The notes below the pieces were generated by a model. It was given only the letters and a program-made list of their open reading frames with translations. It ran no database searches and was not told where the DNA came from. The translations under genes were made by a program, and so were the position numbers. From a bacterium (GTDB lineage Bacteria; UBA8248; JACPRG01; G963555815), in the NCBI GenBank assembly GCA_965218795.1, contig OZ244653.1:3712001-3776000 (forward strand): 64,000 nucleotides of DNA, in the 5' to 3' direction. Of the stretch, positions 48,972-58,624 are shown piece by piece; position 1 is the stretch's first letter; the number at the start of each line of letters is the position of its first letter.

Positions 48972-49873
48972 CTCGCTAGCGTCAATTTACCACCTTTTGT
49001 CATCGTGTCAAAGCCTTTGTCATGGAGTCGAAGTCCATGCCGCGCCTGCCGGCCGTGAGGCTGAAACTTCTCGCCGCCCGCCCGATGCGCGCGGAATCCG
49101 TTTTTCATTGCGACAAAACCATGAACCCTTTCTTCTGACTTACCACACCCGTTTCGTCGATTCAACCTCCTTTCCCTTGCCGGCTTTCCGACTCCCATGA
49201 CCGTCTTACCGAAACTTCGCGCCGGCCGCCCGATGCGGCCGGAATCTTTTTTTACTGAAATGGAATGCTGAATCGTCTCTTGATCTACCATATCCGTTTC
49301 GTCGGTTCAACCTTTTTTTGGCCCGGATGAGGTTGAGGCCGAGAGGCTGAACAACCTGGTTCCATGACTTCCTGATACGCGCCTGAAAAGCCCATGAAGC
49401 CCGCGATGCCTGAACCGCCGCCGGCCCGAGGGCCGCGCGAACAGGTTGGAATTCTATCGCCCTTCAAAAACAGTTGACGGACCCTGCGTCATTCCGCGGG
49501 GGGGCGTTTGCTGAATGGACGTATTAATTTGCTACATCCTCACGTATAAAGTCAACCCCTTTCTCGGCTCCGGCGGGCGAACCCTCACCCCTGCAACACC
49601 CACACGTCATTTCTCCGGGGATGCCGACCAGAGCCGCGCCGGTCTCTCCGCCCGTGATTCCTGCACAACCCCCGGCCCGTCATTCCCGCGGAAGCGGGAA
49701 TCCACTTCAGCAGAGAATCCCCAATACCCTGGATTCCTGCCGAAGCCTGTCTCTGACCATCTTCTACCAGCTACCTATGCCTGCCCCTTTTGTTATATCG
49801 AAGACTTTGGGTGCGGACAGGCCCTTTCCCGACTGCGTAACATGATGGATGAATGATCGTCAGGGGATTGGGG

Positions 49874-49935
49874 ATGACAAAAGCGGTGCTCTTCGATTTC
49901 GGCGGCGCTTTGGATTCCGACGGAATCCAAAGTGC
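49874..49935 (+). pseudogene. N-terminal remnant of a HAD hydrolase cut by an IS
   Basis: MTKAVLFDFGGALDSDGI (HAD motif I-like) stops at the IS end GGTAGTG. Confidence 0.6.
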
Positions 49936-50718
49936 GGTAGTGTCTCAGTTTGAATCCCGCTTATCAATCAGCTCCACGATCCACCTCACATCATGAAGCG
50001 TGTCGGTGACGCCGGCCGCCATCGCGGGGGACATTCTCAGCGTCTTGTGAATCCGGCGGAAGTTGTAATGCACGAAGTACAGGCTCAGCGTGTGCAGGTG
50101 ATTTTCCAGCTTCTTGCTGAACGCATTGGTCAACCGGGTGAACCGTCTCATGCCCATCCGCATCGAGAGGTTCCGGCGTTCGATGTGTGACGTGCTGATC
50201 CGGTCAACGTCGGGATCCCCCTGAACGCGGAACTTGCGCGTCCCGATGCAGGCGTCAGTCCCATCGCCGTATAGTTTCACCAACTGGGCAAATCCACGTC
50301 GCTTCCGAAAGCCCCCTCAACGGCTTCCAGGTACGCCTTGTGCCCGTCCGTGGTCAATTGTACCCTGTTGGCTAATCTCCCCCTCAGATTGTTCATGAAC
50401 TCCCTGGCGGTCCGCGCCGAGCGATCCCCCACCTCATAGGCTCAGGATCATCTTGCTGTCGCTGTCGAGGGCGCTCCAGGTCCAAACGTCTCCAGCGCCT
50501 TCAGGAGCGGATTTGGCACTGGGGACGTTCTTGGCCTTTGCGTAGCAGAAAGACCAGATCTCATCGCACTGTACGCGCTGAGCCTTCACTTCCCGCACGG
50601 TCTCGTCGTGATAAGCCGCACACGCCTTGCCAGCGTCAACCAATAGCTTTGTCACGGTGTTGATGGAGACGCCCACCGTGCGACTGATAGAGCGCATGAA
50701 TCCCAATCTAGCAAGCAT
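49936..50718 (-). mobile_element. IS1-family (ISMhu11-like) transposase pseudogene
   Basis: VQCDEIWSF, GDVWTW, TTDGHKAY, ISTSHIERRNLSMRMGMRRFTRLTNAFSKK, YNF.RIHKTLR.SPAMAAG. Frameshifts near 50440 and 50290. Terminal GGTAGTGTCTCAGTTTGAA. Confidence 0.88.
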
Positions 50719-50884
50719 TATTATCAGTTAATTGGTATTGGGTTTACCGAATAGGGATGTTAAATGCCAAAAAGATGTAAAGGGAAAAGCGCCCTCACCG
50801 GGTGGGAACCCAGGGATGGCTTATGGGACTGGATATTCAAATAGGACAAGGCGCCCCTCTTGAAAATGGCGATTCTAGAAGCTT

Positions 50885-51331
50885 TTATTTCGTGACACGC
50901 CTCATGAACAGGACCGGCACTCCGTAAGCAGGTCCATTCACGTCCTCCAATTTCATATGCTCAATGTCTTCAAGGGGTCCAAGCTTGCTCGTCCACCGTC
51001 CATTGCTCAGTTGCTTGGCCGCATGCGTGGGAACAAGGTCTCCGCTGACATCACGCCGAGCAAACAGCGCCGCCTTTTCGTACCTTTCCTCCAAGGCGCC
51101 GTCTTGGCATTCTTCATACCCAAGTGTTGCGAATGCGGCCACAAATGCGGACAGAGACTCTTCTCTGGGAACACCCTGAGGCCAAAAGCCCTTATTGTTC
51201 GGCCACCACCACTGAGTGTCAGAATCAGCCGCCCAAGCGATGCAATTATAACGTTTCTTGCACGGGCTCGTTATACGGTGATTCTGGGAATCAAGGTTCG
51301 GCAAGCAACCGTGCTTCCAACTACCAGACAT
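50885..51331 (-). CDS. Hypothetical protein with papain-like Cys/His motifs (DUF7689-like)
   Basis: YNCIAWA...THAAKQL..GRWTSKLG..EDIEH. Confidence 0.65.
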   Translation of the reverse strand: MSGSWKHGCLPNLDSQNHRITSPCKKRYNCIAWAADSDTQWWWPNNKGFWPQGVPREESLSAFVAAFATLGYEECQDGALEERYEKAALFARRDVSGDLVPTHAAKQLSNGRWTSKLGPLEDIEHMKLEDVNGPAYGVPVLFMRRVTK

Positions 51332-51815
51332 TCCTACCTTCCGCCCACAAAAGCCACACCTCGGCCATTTTCACTGTGTCGCCGTAAGCATCTTCTGGAA
51401 CCGGATCCTCACCTGTTATGGCCTCAAGAGCGGTAAACCAATGATCGGGGTCATCACCCTCGCGTCTGAGTTGGGCCAATATCAGAGGGAGTGCCTTTTC
51501 TCCCATGCCGATAATCTGTAAGTACGAAGTACAAGCAGTTATCTCTGAGAGAGAAGACGTGATTCCCCTCTCCGCGTGCCACTGTTCTACCTTCCGGACG
51601 AACGCGGCCTCGTCCGGAATGAGAACAGTGTGATCACGCGTCTTTGTTGTTTGATATTCGCAAGTCGTGTAACAGCCAGTTGTTTCTTCCGTCCAAACCT
51701 CTTTGTCTGTTTTTGTCCCTGAAAAGAACAAAAAAATCCAATCAAACGGGCGGTCATATCTAGGGGAAAGAAACGGTCTCGTCGCGATGAGTTCTCCGGA
51801 AAAGATAGCATCCAT
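51321..51815 (-). CDS. Hypothetical protein (helical C-terminal domain) coupled to the papain-like gene
   Basis: YLQIIGMGEKALPLIL..L....DHWF.ALEAITGEDP; overlapping stop/start. Confidence 0.65.
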   Translation of the reverse strand: MDAIFSGELIATRPFLSPRYDRPFDWIFLFFSGTKTDKEVWTEETTGCYTTCEYQTTKTRDHTVLIPDEAAFVRKVEQWHAERGITSSLSEITACTSYLQIIGMGEKALPLILAQLRREGDDPDHWFTALEAITGEDPVPEDAYGDTVKMAEVWLLWAEGRNVW

Positions 51816-51819
51816 CTCA

Positions 51820-52125
51820 CTAGGCCTTCTTTTTGAGTCCCTCTAATGAGTAAGTGACGGCCACGATGTTTTGACTCTTGAGGATATACACTGGGTGGCC
51901 TTCATTGTCCCACTGGTTATCCAGGCGAATAGCCTCAACCGCAACAATCTTGGTTTTAAGGATTGTTCCGTCCTCAAGCGTTAACTCGCTAAACCGCTCG
52001 GTAGATTCAGCAACATCGACAACAGTACCTTCGACCAATTTGCCGAATTGGTCTTTCACCTGTTTTCTGCGCTCCACTATATCCCCCTTTTGGGATTTAA
52101 GGATAGACGCTTTTACAGAGGTCAT
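51820..52125 (-). CDS. Hypothetical beta-rich protein (IS passenger)
   Basis: Low-GC ORF tightly packed in the cassette. Confidence 0.6.
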   Translation of the reverse strand: MTSVKASILKSQKGDIVERRKQVKDQFGKLVEGTVVDVAESTERFSELTLEDGTILKTKIVAVEAIRLDNQWDNEGHPVYILKSQNIVAVTYSLEGLKKKA

Positions 52126-52134
52126 AAGACCTAG

Positions 52135-52362
52135 CTAGTCAGATTTTTTCCATCTCGCGGAAGCAGCTTTACGTGCGATGTCCGAACGCTCATCAGCCGT
52201 GAGTTTTTCGGCCCTGGCCTTTCCTCCCGCGGCACAGCCCTCGACCTTTTTAGGGTACTTGTGGCCAGTTTCCTCCAGCTCCCCCGTTGCGATCCGGGCT
52301 ACGGTTACAGCGTTTCCGACAACATCAGCTGGGCGCTTCTGACCCTGCGGTCCTTTCGCCAT
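52135..52362 (-). CDS. Small basic IS-associated protein
   Basis: KRPADVVGNAV.VARIATGE...GGKARAEKLT..ERSDIARKAA..RW; GGAGG RBS. Confidence 0.75.
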   Translation of the reverse strand: MAKGPQGQKRPADVVGNAVTVARIATGELEETGHKYPKKVEGCAAGGKARAEKLTADERSDIARKAASARWKKSD

Positions 52363-52873
52363 AGTCCATCTCCCTCCCTCCGGGAGCCTCAAAGAAATAT
52401 TTACAATTCATAATATATAACTAAACAGTCATTGGTCTATACCCCTTTTTCTTCAAAGGGAGATACGACCCAAAGTGTGTACGACTAGGTATATTCCCGA
52501 ACAAATGATATTTTGCAAAGGGGGAGCGAGAACCCCCGGATGACGGAGAGGGAGGACGGCAGGGAAGAAGGTTGTGAAGCAGCGACTCAGCGCCCTGCAG
52601 CCGGCCGAGGCCCTGGGCAACGTATCGCGCGGGGCCTGCCCTCCGACGAATACACTCGGGGACAAGCCCCCTGCCGGCTACATGCGGGTAGGCCAGCGGG
52701 AATGACGGGTTGGGAATCCTGGTGGCGGGTGTGAGGCGTCGCCCCTGCAACCTGCGATTCCCGCCTGCGCGGGAATGACAAGCCGGGGGGTCTGCATGGT
52801 CCTGTTCTGTCATTCCTGCCCTCGAATGTCTTAGTCGAGGGCAGGCTGCAGCAGGAATCCAGTCGATCGTACG

Positions 52874-53812
52874 GTGGATGCGGGTCGGCCGGAAGATATC
52901 GCCACGGCCGAGCGTTTCATCAATGAGGGCCAGCCTGAAGTGCATCAGGTCGACCGCGCCATATTGGGGATTACCCGAGAACCGGGGATTACCCGGGTAC
53001 CTGAGTTTTCCCCAGGGAAAGAAGAAGCCGATTCCGCCATCCTGCGGTTGACCTTCGACTGGCTGGCCGCCCGGGAGGTGAAAACCCGGAGGGCCGCCGC
53101 GGAGGATCCCGGAACCTGGGGAGAGCCGCCCGGCGTTGTCCTCAGCATGGCGCAAGGCGAGAAGGCCCTGAGCCGTCTGGCGCAGTGGGAGGCGGAAGGG
53201 GTGGCCGTGTTGAATACGACGGATTCCGTCAGAGCCTGCTCCAGGCGGGAGTCTCTGTTCGCCGTTCTTCAGGACACCCCTTTCGAGGGTTTCGCCCTTC
53301 CTCGAACGGTGTCGATGGGGACCGGCGGACATGCGGCCTCCGGGGATGCCCCGAACGCGGTGGAGGCGTGGAATTTTCCGGTCTGGATGAAGCGCGGCGA
53401 TCTGCACGCCCTCGGCCCCCGGGACGTGTTGAAGGTCAACGCCCCCGAGGGACTGGGGTCCGCCCTGTCCTCCTTCGCCGACCGCGGTATCGACAGAGCG
53501 GTTTGCCAGGAGCACGTAGGGGGAGAAGAGATCAGGTTTTACGGGGTGGGGCGAGAGCGTTTCTGGTTCTGGCGGAGCGTGGCCGATCGCCGCCACCTTC
53601 CGTTTTCTGATGCTCTTTCCGCCATGGGACGGGATGCGTCGAGCCGGTTGGGGCTCGATATGTACGGCGGAGACGCCGTGATCACCCCCGACGGCGATAT
53701 CTTTCTCATTGATCTGAATGACTGGCCGAGCTTTACGGGTTGCCAGGCCGACGCCTCCGACGCCATCGCGGACCTGGCTTGCATGAAGCTGGAAGGTGCG
53801 CCGGGTTCCTGA
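52874..53812 (+). CDS. ATP-grasp-like protein, preceded in frame by a nucleotidyltransferase C-terminal remnant
   Basis: FSPGKEEADSAIL, FPVWMKRGD, QEHVGG, MYGGDAV, IDLNDWPSF. Leading D..RPEDIATAERF resembles an NTP-transferase tail. Confidence 0.75.
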   Translation: MDAGRPEDIATAERFINEGQPEVHQVDRAILGITREPGITRVPEFSPGKEEADSAILRLTFDWLAAREVKTRRAAAEDPGTWGEPPGVVLSMAQGEKALSRLAQWEAEGVAVLNTTDSVRACSRRESLFAVLQDTPFEGFALPRTVSMGTGGHAASGDAPNAVEAWNFPVWMKRGDLHALGPRDVLKVNAPEGLGSALSSFADRGIDRAVCQEHVGGEEIRFYGVGRERFWFWRSVADRRHLPFSDALSAMGRDASSRLGLDMYGGDAVITPDGDIFLIDLNDWPSFTGCQADASDAIADLACMKLEGAPGS

Positions 53813-53901
53813 CAATCAGGCGGGGGGATTCTTTGCCCCAGGCCATGAAAATCCCCAACATATCGTGACAGAGAGGCGCCCGGTCCCCGGTTTCCGGCGA
53901 T

Positions 53902-54231
53902 CTATGGGACACCCTCCCGATATATGCTGATGCCCTTTTTTCGTCCTGGTTTCCGCCTTTGCAGGATACGGCCCCATGCCTCCTCAAGCCTTTTAGTCTC
54001 CCTCACCCCAACCCTCTCCCAGGGGGAGAGGGGGCCGCCTGTCCTCTCATGGCGCCGTATCCTCTCGCTCTTTTCCTCGGATACCTCACCCGGAAGAAAG
54101 TCCCTCCGGTTCCCGACCCTTGCCAGCAGGGGCTTGACCTTCACCCGATCGTTGCCCCTGCCTGAGATATGCCCCGCTGCGTAACGTGATGGAGGAATCC
54201 TGGCGCCACGGCCCCGTGCGATCCTTGCCAT
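53902..54231 (-). mobile_element. Internally deleted REP-associated tyrosine transposase (RAYT/Y1) pseudogene
   Basis: N-terminal MARIAR/AVAPGFLHHVTQRG joined directly to C-terminal HISG...VKVKPLL...IRRHERTG.PL...LEEAWGRIL.RRKPGRK. The HUH/Tyr core is missing. Confidence 0.7.
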
Positions 54232-54510
54232 GCACGGCCATGCACGGACGCTCTGAATTCCTGCTGCAGCCTGCCCCCGAAGGCTTTTGTCGGGGGCAGG
54301 AATGACCGAGAGCCTGCCCCTGCATGGTTTCGGCAGGGGGCGCACCCATCCGAAAGTCATTCATCAAGTAGGGTGTCCCCGGAATCCCAGTATCCGATGG
54401 CCTTGACCGGCTCATTCGTCCGGTTATGCCTGACGGGATGAAAACACCGGGGATTTTCTCCCAACAAAGTGGTCCAGACTTCGGGGAGCAGACCACCCGG
54501 GAAATGCAAG

Positions 54511-54846
54511 TCAGGTTTGCGGTTGGGATAAGATTGCCGCGCACGTAGAGGCAAGCTCGCTGTCGGGTTTCTCGTCGCCAGGCACTGTCGCCCAACCCTG
54601 TTTTGCTACGTACTCACCTCTCTCCCAGGAGTCTTCTTTTTTCATGGCCGCGAGCTTCTGCTCTTTCTCCGAATCCTGGTTGAACTGCCCAACACAAATC
54701 GGGACCAGGCGATCCGCAACGGCCTCCGTGACCATTTCTTGTGAACTGCCGCCCGTAACCCATCCACCCCACGCGAAGCCGATGATCATGACTACAATTG
54801 CACCACCAACGGCACCCAACAGACCTGTTTTGATTTTCTCCACCAT
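54511..54846 (-). CDS. Conserved hypothetical membrane-anchored protein
   Basis: GAVGGAIVVMIIGFAWGGWVTGG...LVPICV.QF...GWATVPG; AGGAG RBS. Confidence 0.75.
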   Translation of the reverse strand: MVEKIKTGLLGAVGGAIVVMIIGFAWGGWVTGGSSQEMVTEAVADRLVPICVGQFNQDSEKEQKLAAMKKEDSWERGEYVAKQGWATVPGDEKPDSELASTCAAILSQPQT

Positions 54847-54942
54847 CTGTACGTCTCCTTTTGAGCGAACCTTCCCTCCAACCACTTCACATTTTTCAAA
54901 TATATATAAATAAAATCTATCATGATTCGGTCCTCATAAGCA

Positions 54943-54978
54943 AACCCTCAGCGCCGCTCATGAGCGGCGCTGAGGGTT
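54943..54978. repeat. Perfect loopless 36-bp palindrome
   Basis: AACCCTCAGCGCCGCTCA|TGAGCGGCGCTGAGGGTT. Confidence 0.9.
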
Positions 54979-55519
54979 GGGGTCAAGTCTTGACATTAGA
55001 TATGAAGGCCAAGGCAGTGGAGCAATAAGCGCACGGGCGAGGTGCTCCAGGTGCCCCGCGGCATCGACCCGGGATTCGGCCACAACGTGGGGATGGTCGA
55101 TCCCGTCCAGCAGGCCCGGGACACCTTGAACCAAAAGATCACGACGGCGCCGGAGAGTGCGGCCCCCTGCCAGAGGCACGCAGGGGTGACCGGATTGAGC
55201 CTGTCCCCGACGTGGGCGGGTTCGCTGAACACGATTCTGCCGGCGCGAAATGAAAGTTTTTGAGGGGGGTTTGGGGGGACAATTTTCAAAATGTCCCCCC
55301 AATTTATGCACTTGCATGCCTGCTCATCAAGCTATCGCATGGACGTGCGCCACAGAGGCCATGATTCTGAGAAAGATTCTCATCCGCGAAATGGCCGGCG
55401 CGCAAGCGCCCAAAATGTCCCCCCACGTAATTCCGTGCCAATTCCGGGGACACCATACTTGCGTCCCCAGAATCTTGTGGTGTCCCCCCCCATCCTCCGG
55501 CACGCCGCCGGCCGAACGG

Positions 55520-56770
55520 TTATCTGCGCGCGTAAAGGATGAGCAGGCTCAGAAAGAAGAGGTTTCCTCCGACGGTGCTCGCCCACAGGAACCACTCGAG
55601 TTTCCCGAAGGCGGCCAACGGAACCAGCAGGTAGATGAAGTCCCGGCGGGCCAGGAAGTCGTCGATGTCCCGGAGCCACTCCTGTTTCGGCTGCTCCCGG
55701 CGGGCGGTCTCCCCTTCCGTCGATTCGGCGACCGATACGAAAAAGTTCCCTTCCCCCGATTTGTGCCGAAGTATCTTCCAGGAGACGATTCCCGCGGAGA
55801 GCAACACGCCCACGCAGGCGAATACGCCCAGCCAGAGAAACCGCTCTGCAGGGGCCTCCCGGTACAGGCCGACGGCGATGGCGGCGAAAACCGCAACGTG
55901 CACGACGTTGTCGGCCCAAATATCCAGCCAGCCGCCCAGTTCGCTTTGCTGAAATTTCAAACGCGCGATCTCGCCGTCGCATCCGTCGACCATCGAGGAA
56001 AACAGGAACAGCAAGGACCCGAGAACCTGAAGCCGGACAACCGGCTGGGCGAACAAAAGGGCGCCAAGCAGGCCGGCGGCCGTATGAATGAGGGTCATCT
56101 GGTTGGGGGTGATCGAGGTTCGCGCGAGACGCCGGGTGATGAACAACGAGATGGGCCGGTTGATGTGCCGGGCCAGAAAGCTGTCCGTTTCCTTGACCAG
56201 GCCTTTCATGAGACGCCCTTCGGCTCTGCCGGCGTCCTCCTGTGTTCTGACCGTTTCTACGAATTCTCCCTTTGCAGGCCGGATTGTCGATGCCGGACGG
56301 GACCGAGCCAGCCATTCGCTCCATTCACGGGGGTCGGTCGATGCGGGCCGGTCGGGTTCAGCGAGCGGAGCCCGGCAGTACGCGAGCCCCAGGAAGCGCT
56401 GGTGCTCATCCCGGACGGACACGCAGCCGCCTTCCGGCGGAGCTTCCTGAAGGAGAGCGTCGAGCAGGCTCGGCGAAAACACACGATCGGCGAACGCGAG
56501 CAGAAAATCTCCTTCAGCGAACTCCTGCAATTCAGGGCTCTCTGTGATCGAGGCGATGCGGACGGATTCCAGGCGGGCATCCCGGCGTATCTCCGCTTCG
56601 ATGGATTCTTGCGGGCCCTCCGTCAGTACGGTCGTCTTAAAGATTCCGGCCCGGTTCAATGCCAGGAGGCATCGAACCAGAACGGTCAATCCGCCGACCC
56701 CCATCCGGGGCGGCGCGGAAGCGGGCAGAACCACGAGCGCGCGATGCGAAGTGTTCGAAACGGAGGGCAA
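55520..56770 (-). CDS. CDP-alcohol phosphatidyltransferase with degenerate N-terminal NTP-transferase-like domain
   Basis: NRPIS, ITPNQMT, DGCDGEIARLK..SELGGWLDIWAD. Confidence 0.9.
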   Translation of the reverse strand: MPSVSNTSHRALVVLPASAPPRMGVGGLTVLVRCLLALNRAGIFKTTVLTEGPQESIEAEIRRDARLESVRIASITESPELQEFAEGDFLLAFADRVFSPSLLDALLQEAPPEGGCVSVRDEHQRFLGLAYCRAPLAEPDRPASTDPREWSEWLARSRPASTIRPAKGEFVETVRTQEDAGRAEGRLMKGLVKETDSFLARHINRPISLFITRRLARTSITPNQMTLIHTAAGLLGALLFAQPVVRLQVLGSLLFLFSSMVDGCDGEIARLKFQQSELGGWLDIWADNVVHVAVFAAIAVGLYREAPAERFLWLGVFACVGVLLSAGIVSWKILRHKSGEGNFFVSVAESTEGETARREQPKQEWLRDIDDFLARRDFIYLLVPLAAFGKLEWFLWASTVGGNLFFLSLLILYARR

Positions 56771-56910
56771 TTCGGCTGCTTTCGTCCCGAGGAATCTTAC
56801 GGAATGGGTGCGGCTCCTAAAAGCTGTGATATTGTAGCAAAGGTTTTTTCTTTGATGGCCAATCCATCCAGGGGTTTGAAGAGGAAGCGGCGCGTCCGGA
56901 CGGGAAACCT

Positions 56911-57939
56911 GTGCTTGACAAGGTGAAAATCGGATGGTGGATCAGTCTGCTGTTCCTGGCCGCGGGTTTGGCCTTCTTCGGGGTACTGGTCTACACCCTC
57001 GATGCGGGGGCGATCTGGAGAGAGTTCAGCCGGGCAGGCGTCTATTTTCCCATCATTGTTTTCCCATACTTTCTTGCCTATGCCTTCGATACCGTCGGGT
57101 GGCGGTATTGCTTCCCGGCGAGACCCTCAGTCAGCTTGAACCGCCTTTTCTGGGTTCGATTGATCGGTGAAACGATGAACACCATTACCCCCGCGGCGTA
57201 TTTCGGCGGGGAGCCGGTCAAGGTGCTGCTGCTGGAACGCCATGGGGTCAAGCCGATGGATGGCGCGTCATCGGTCGTCGTGGCCAAGACGGTGATTACG
57301 ATCTCAGAGGCCATCTTTGTCCTGATCGGGATCATCATCGCGATCACCCAGGTCGGGACCGGTCCACCCTTGATCAAGGCCCTCATGTGGGCAATGGTGG
57401 CCTTCATCGTCGTCTGCGTCTTGCTCCTGGTATTCCAGCGGATGGGCATGTTCGGCGCAATCGTTCGGTTCCTCCGCCGCTTGGGGATGAGGGGGCAACT
57501 TTTCAACCGAGTGGAACACTGGATGCAGAGACTCGACGAGAGTCTTTACCGGTATTACCGGGAAAATCCGAGGGGTCTGATCCTTGGAATCCTGTTCCAT
57601 TTCATTGGATGGGTTATGGGTGTTGTGGAGACGTACATCATTCTTCGTCTCCTCGGTATCCCCGCGGATTGGGGGATGGCCTTCGCTATTGAGTCCATCG
57701 GGGCCATGATCAAAGGGGCGATGTTATTCATCCCGGGCGGCCTGGGGGCCTCGGAGGGCGGCAACGTCCTTATCTTCGCGGCGTACGGGCTCTCCGGGTC
57801 CACAGCGCTGTCCTACAGCATCCTTCGCCGATTCCGCGAGATATTTTTCATATCCATCGGACTTCTCCTTTTTTCCCGGTCCGAGCTGTCGGTGATGCAC
57901 CGATTCTCCCCGAAGGCGGCCGAGCTCCAGCCCGAGTGA
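56911..57939 (+). CDS. Lysylphosphatidylglycerol-synthase TM region / UPF0104 flippase-like protein
   Basis: NTITPAAYFGGEPVK, FIPGGLGASEGG, multiple TM helices. Confidence 0.88.
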   Translation: MLDKVKIGWWISLLFLAAGLAFFGVLVYTLDAGAIWREFSRAGVYFPIIVFPYFLAYAFDTVGWRYCFPARPSVSLNRLFWVRLIGETMNTITPAAYFGGEPVKVLLLERHGVKPMDGASSVVVAKTVITISEAIFVLIGIIIAITQVGTGPPLIKALMWAMVAFIVVCVLLLVFQRMGMFGAIVRFLRRLGMRGQLFNRVEHWMQRLDESLYRYYRENPRGLILGILFHFIGWVMGVVETYIILRLLGIPADWGMAFAIESIGAMIKGAMLFIPGGLGASEGGNVLIFAAYGLSGSTALSYSILRRFREIFFISIGLLLFSRSELSVMHRFSPKAAELQPE

Positions 57940-58624
57940 TACCTCCACCGATGCGGCCCCTCGGACGTCACTCCCCCCTTGAGGGGGAGTCGCAAGACAG
58001 GGATGAAGTCCGCAGACGCGCCGGTGGGGGGCGGTCGAAGATGCACGGCCAATGCGCCCCCTCACCCCAACCCTCTCCCTCCAGGGGAGAGGGATCGGCT
58101 CCCGGAAACGTCGATGCCCCGCCAATGCCCCGCCCGGTCTGTCACCCACCCCTGCAACACGCGCCCGTCATCCCTGCAGGCTTCAGGCAGGAATCCATGA
58201 TCCGGGGTCCACTTCTTTCTGGATTCCCGCCTGCGCGGGAATGACAAGCTGAGGGTCTGCCCTCGAACGCCACGCCGCCCATCACTTCCTTTTTGAGAAG
58301 GGATCAGGCAAAGCCCGGTCCACCGATGCGGCCCCTCGGACATCACTCCCCCCTTGAGGTGGAGTCGGCAAGACAAGGGCGTCAGCCCGCAGACGCGCCG
58401 GTGGGGGGAGTGAGCTGGGAGGACGATCTGGTTCGGAGTCGTCAAAAGCTGCGTCGCCCGCGCGGCCTGGACCGCTCCCCACGGCCGGATGAGACGCTTG
58501 CCCAGGATTTTGATGGTCCATCGCCGCCCCCTTCCTTTGTCGCCACGCGAGAAAAAGCGTCCTTCATGAGGAAACCCGAGGCGCCAAAGGCACGGGCGGC
58601 CACGATCTGGATCTGGAAGGGAGA

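Noticed and set aside
48872-49291. 140-aa N-terminal extension of the lipoprotein in the ORF track
   Set aside because: The RBS and lipoprotein signal fit ATG 48871; the extension runs through upstream repeats.
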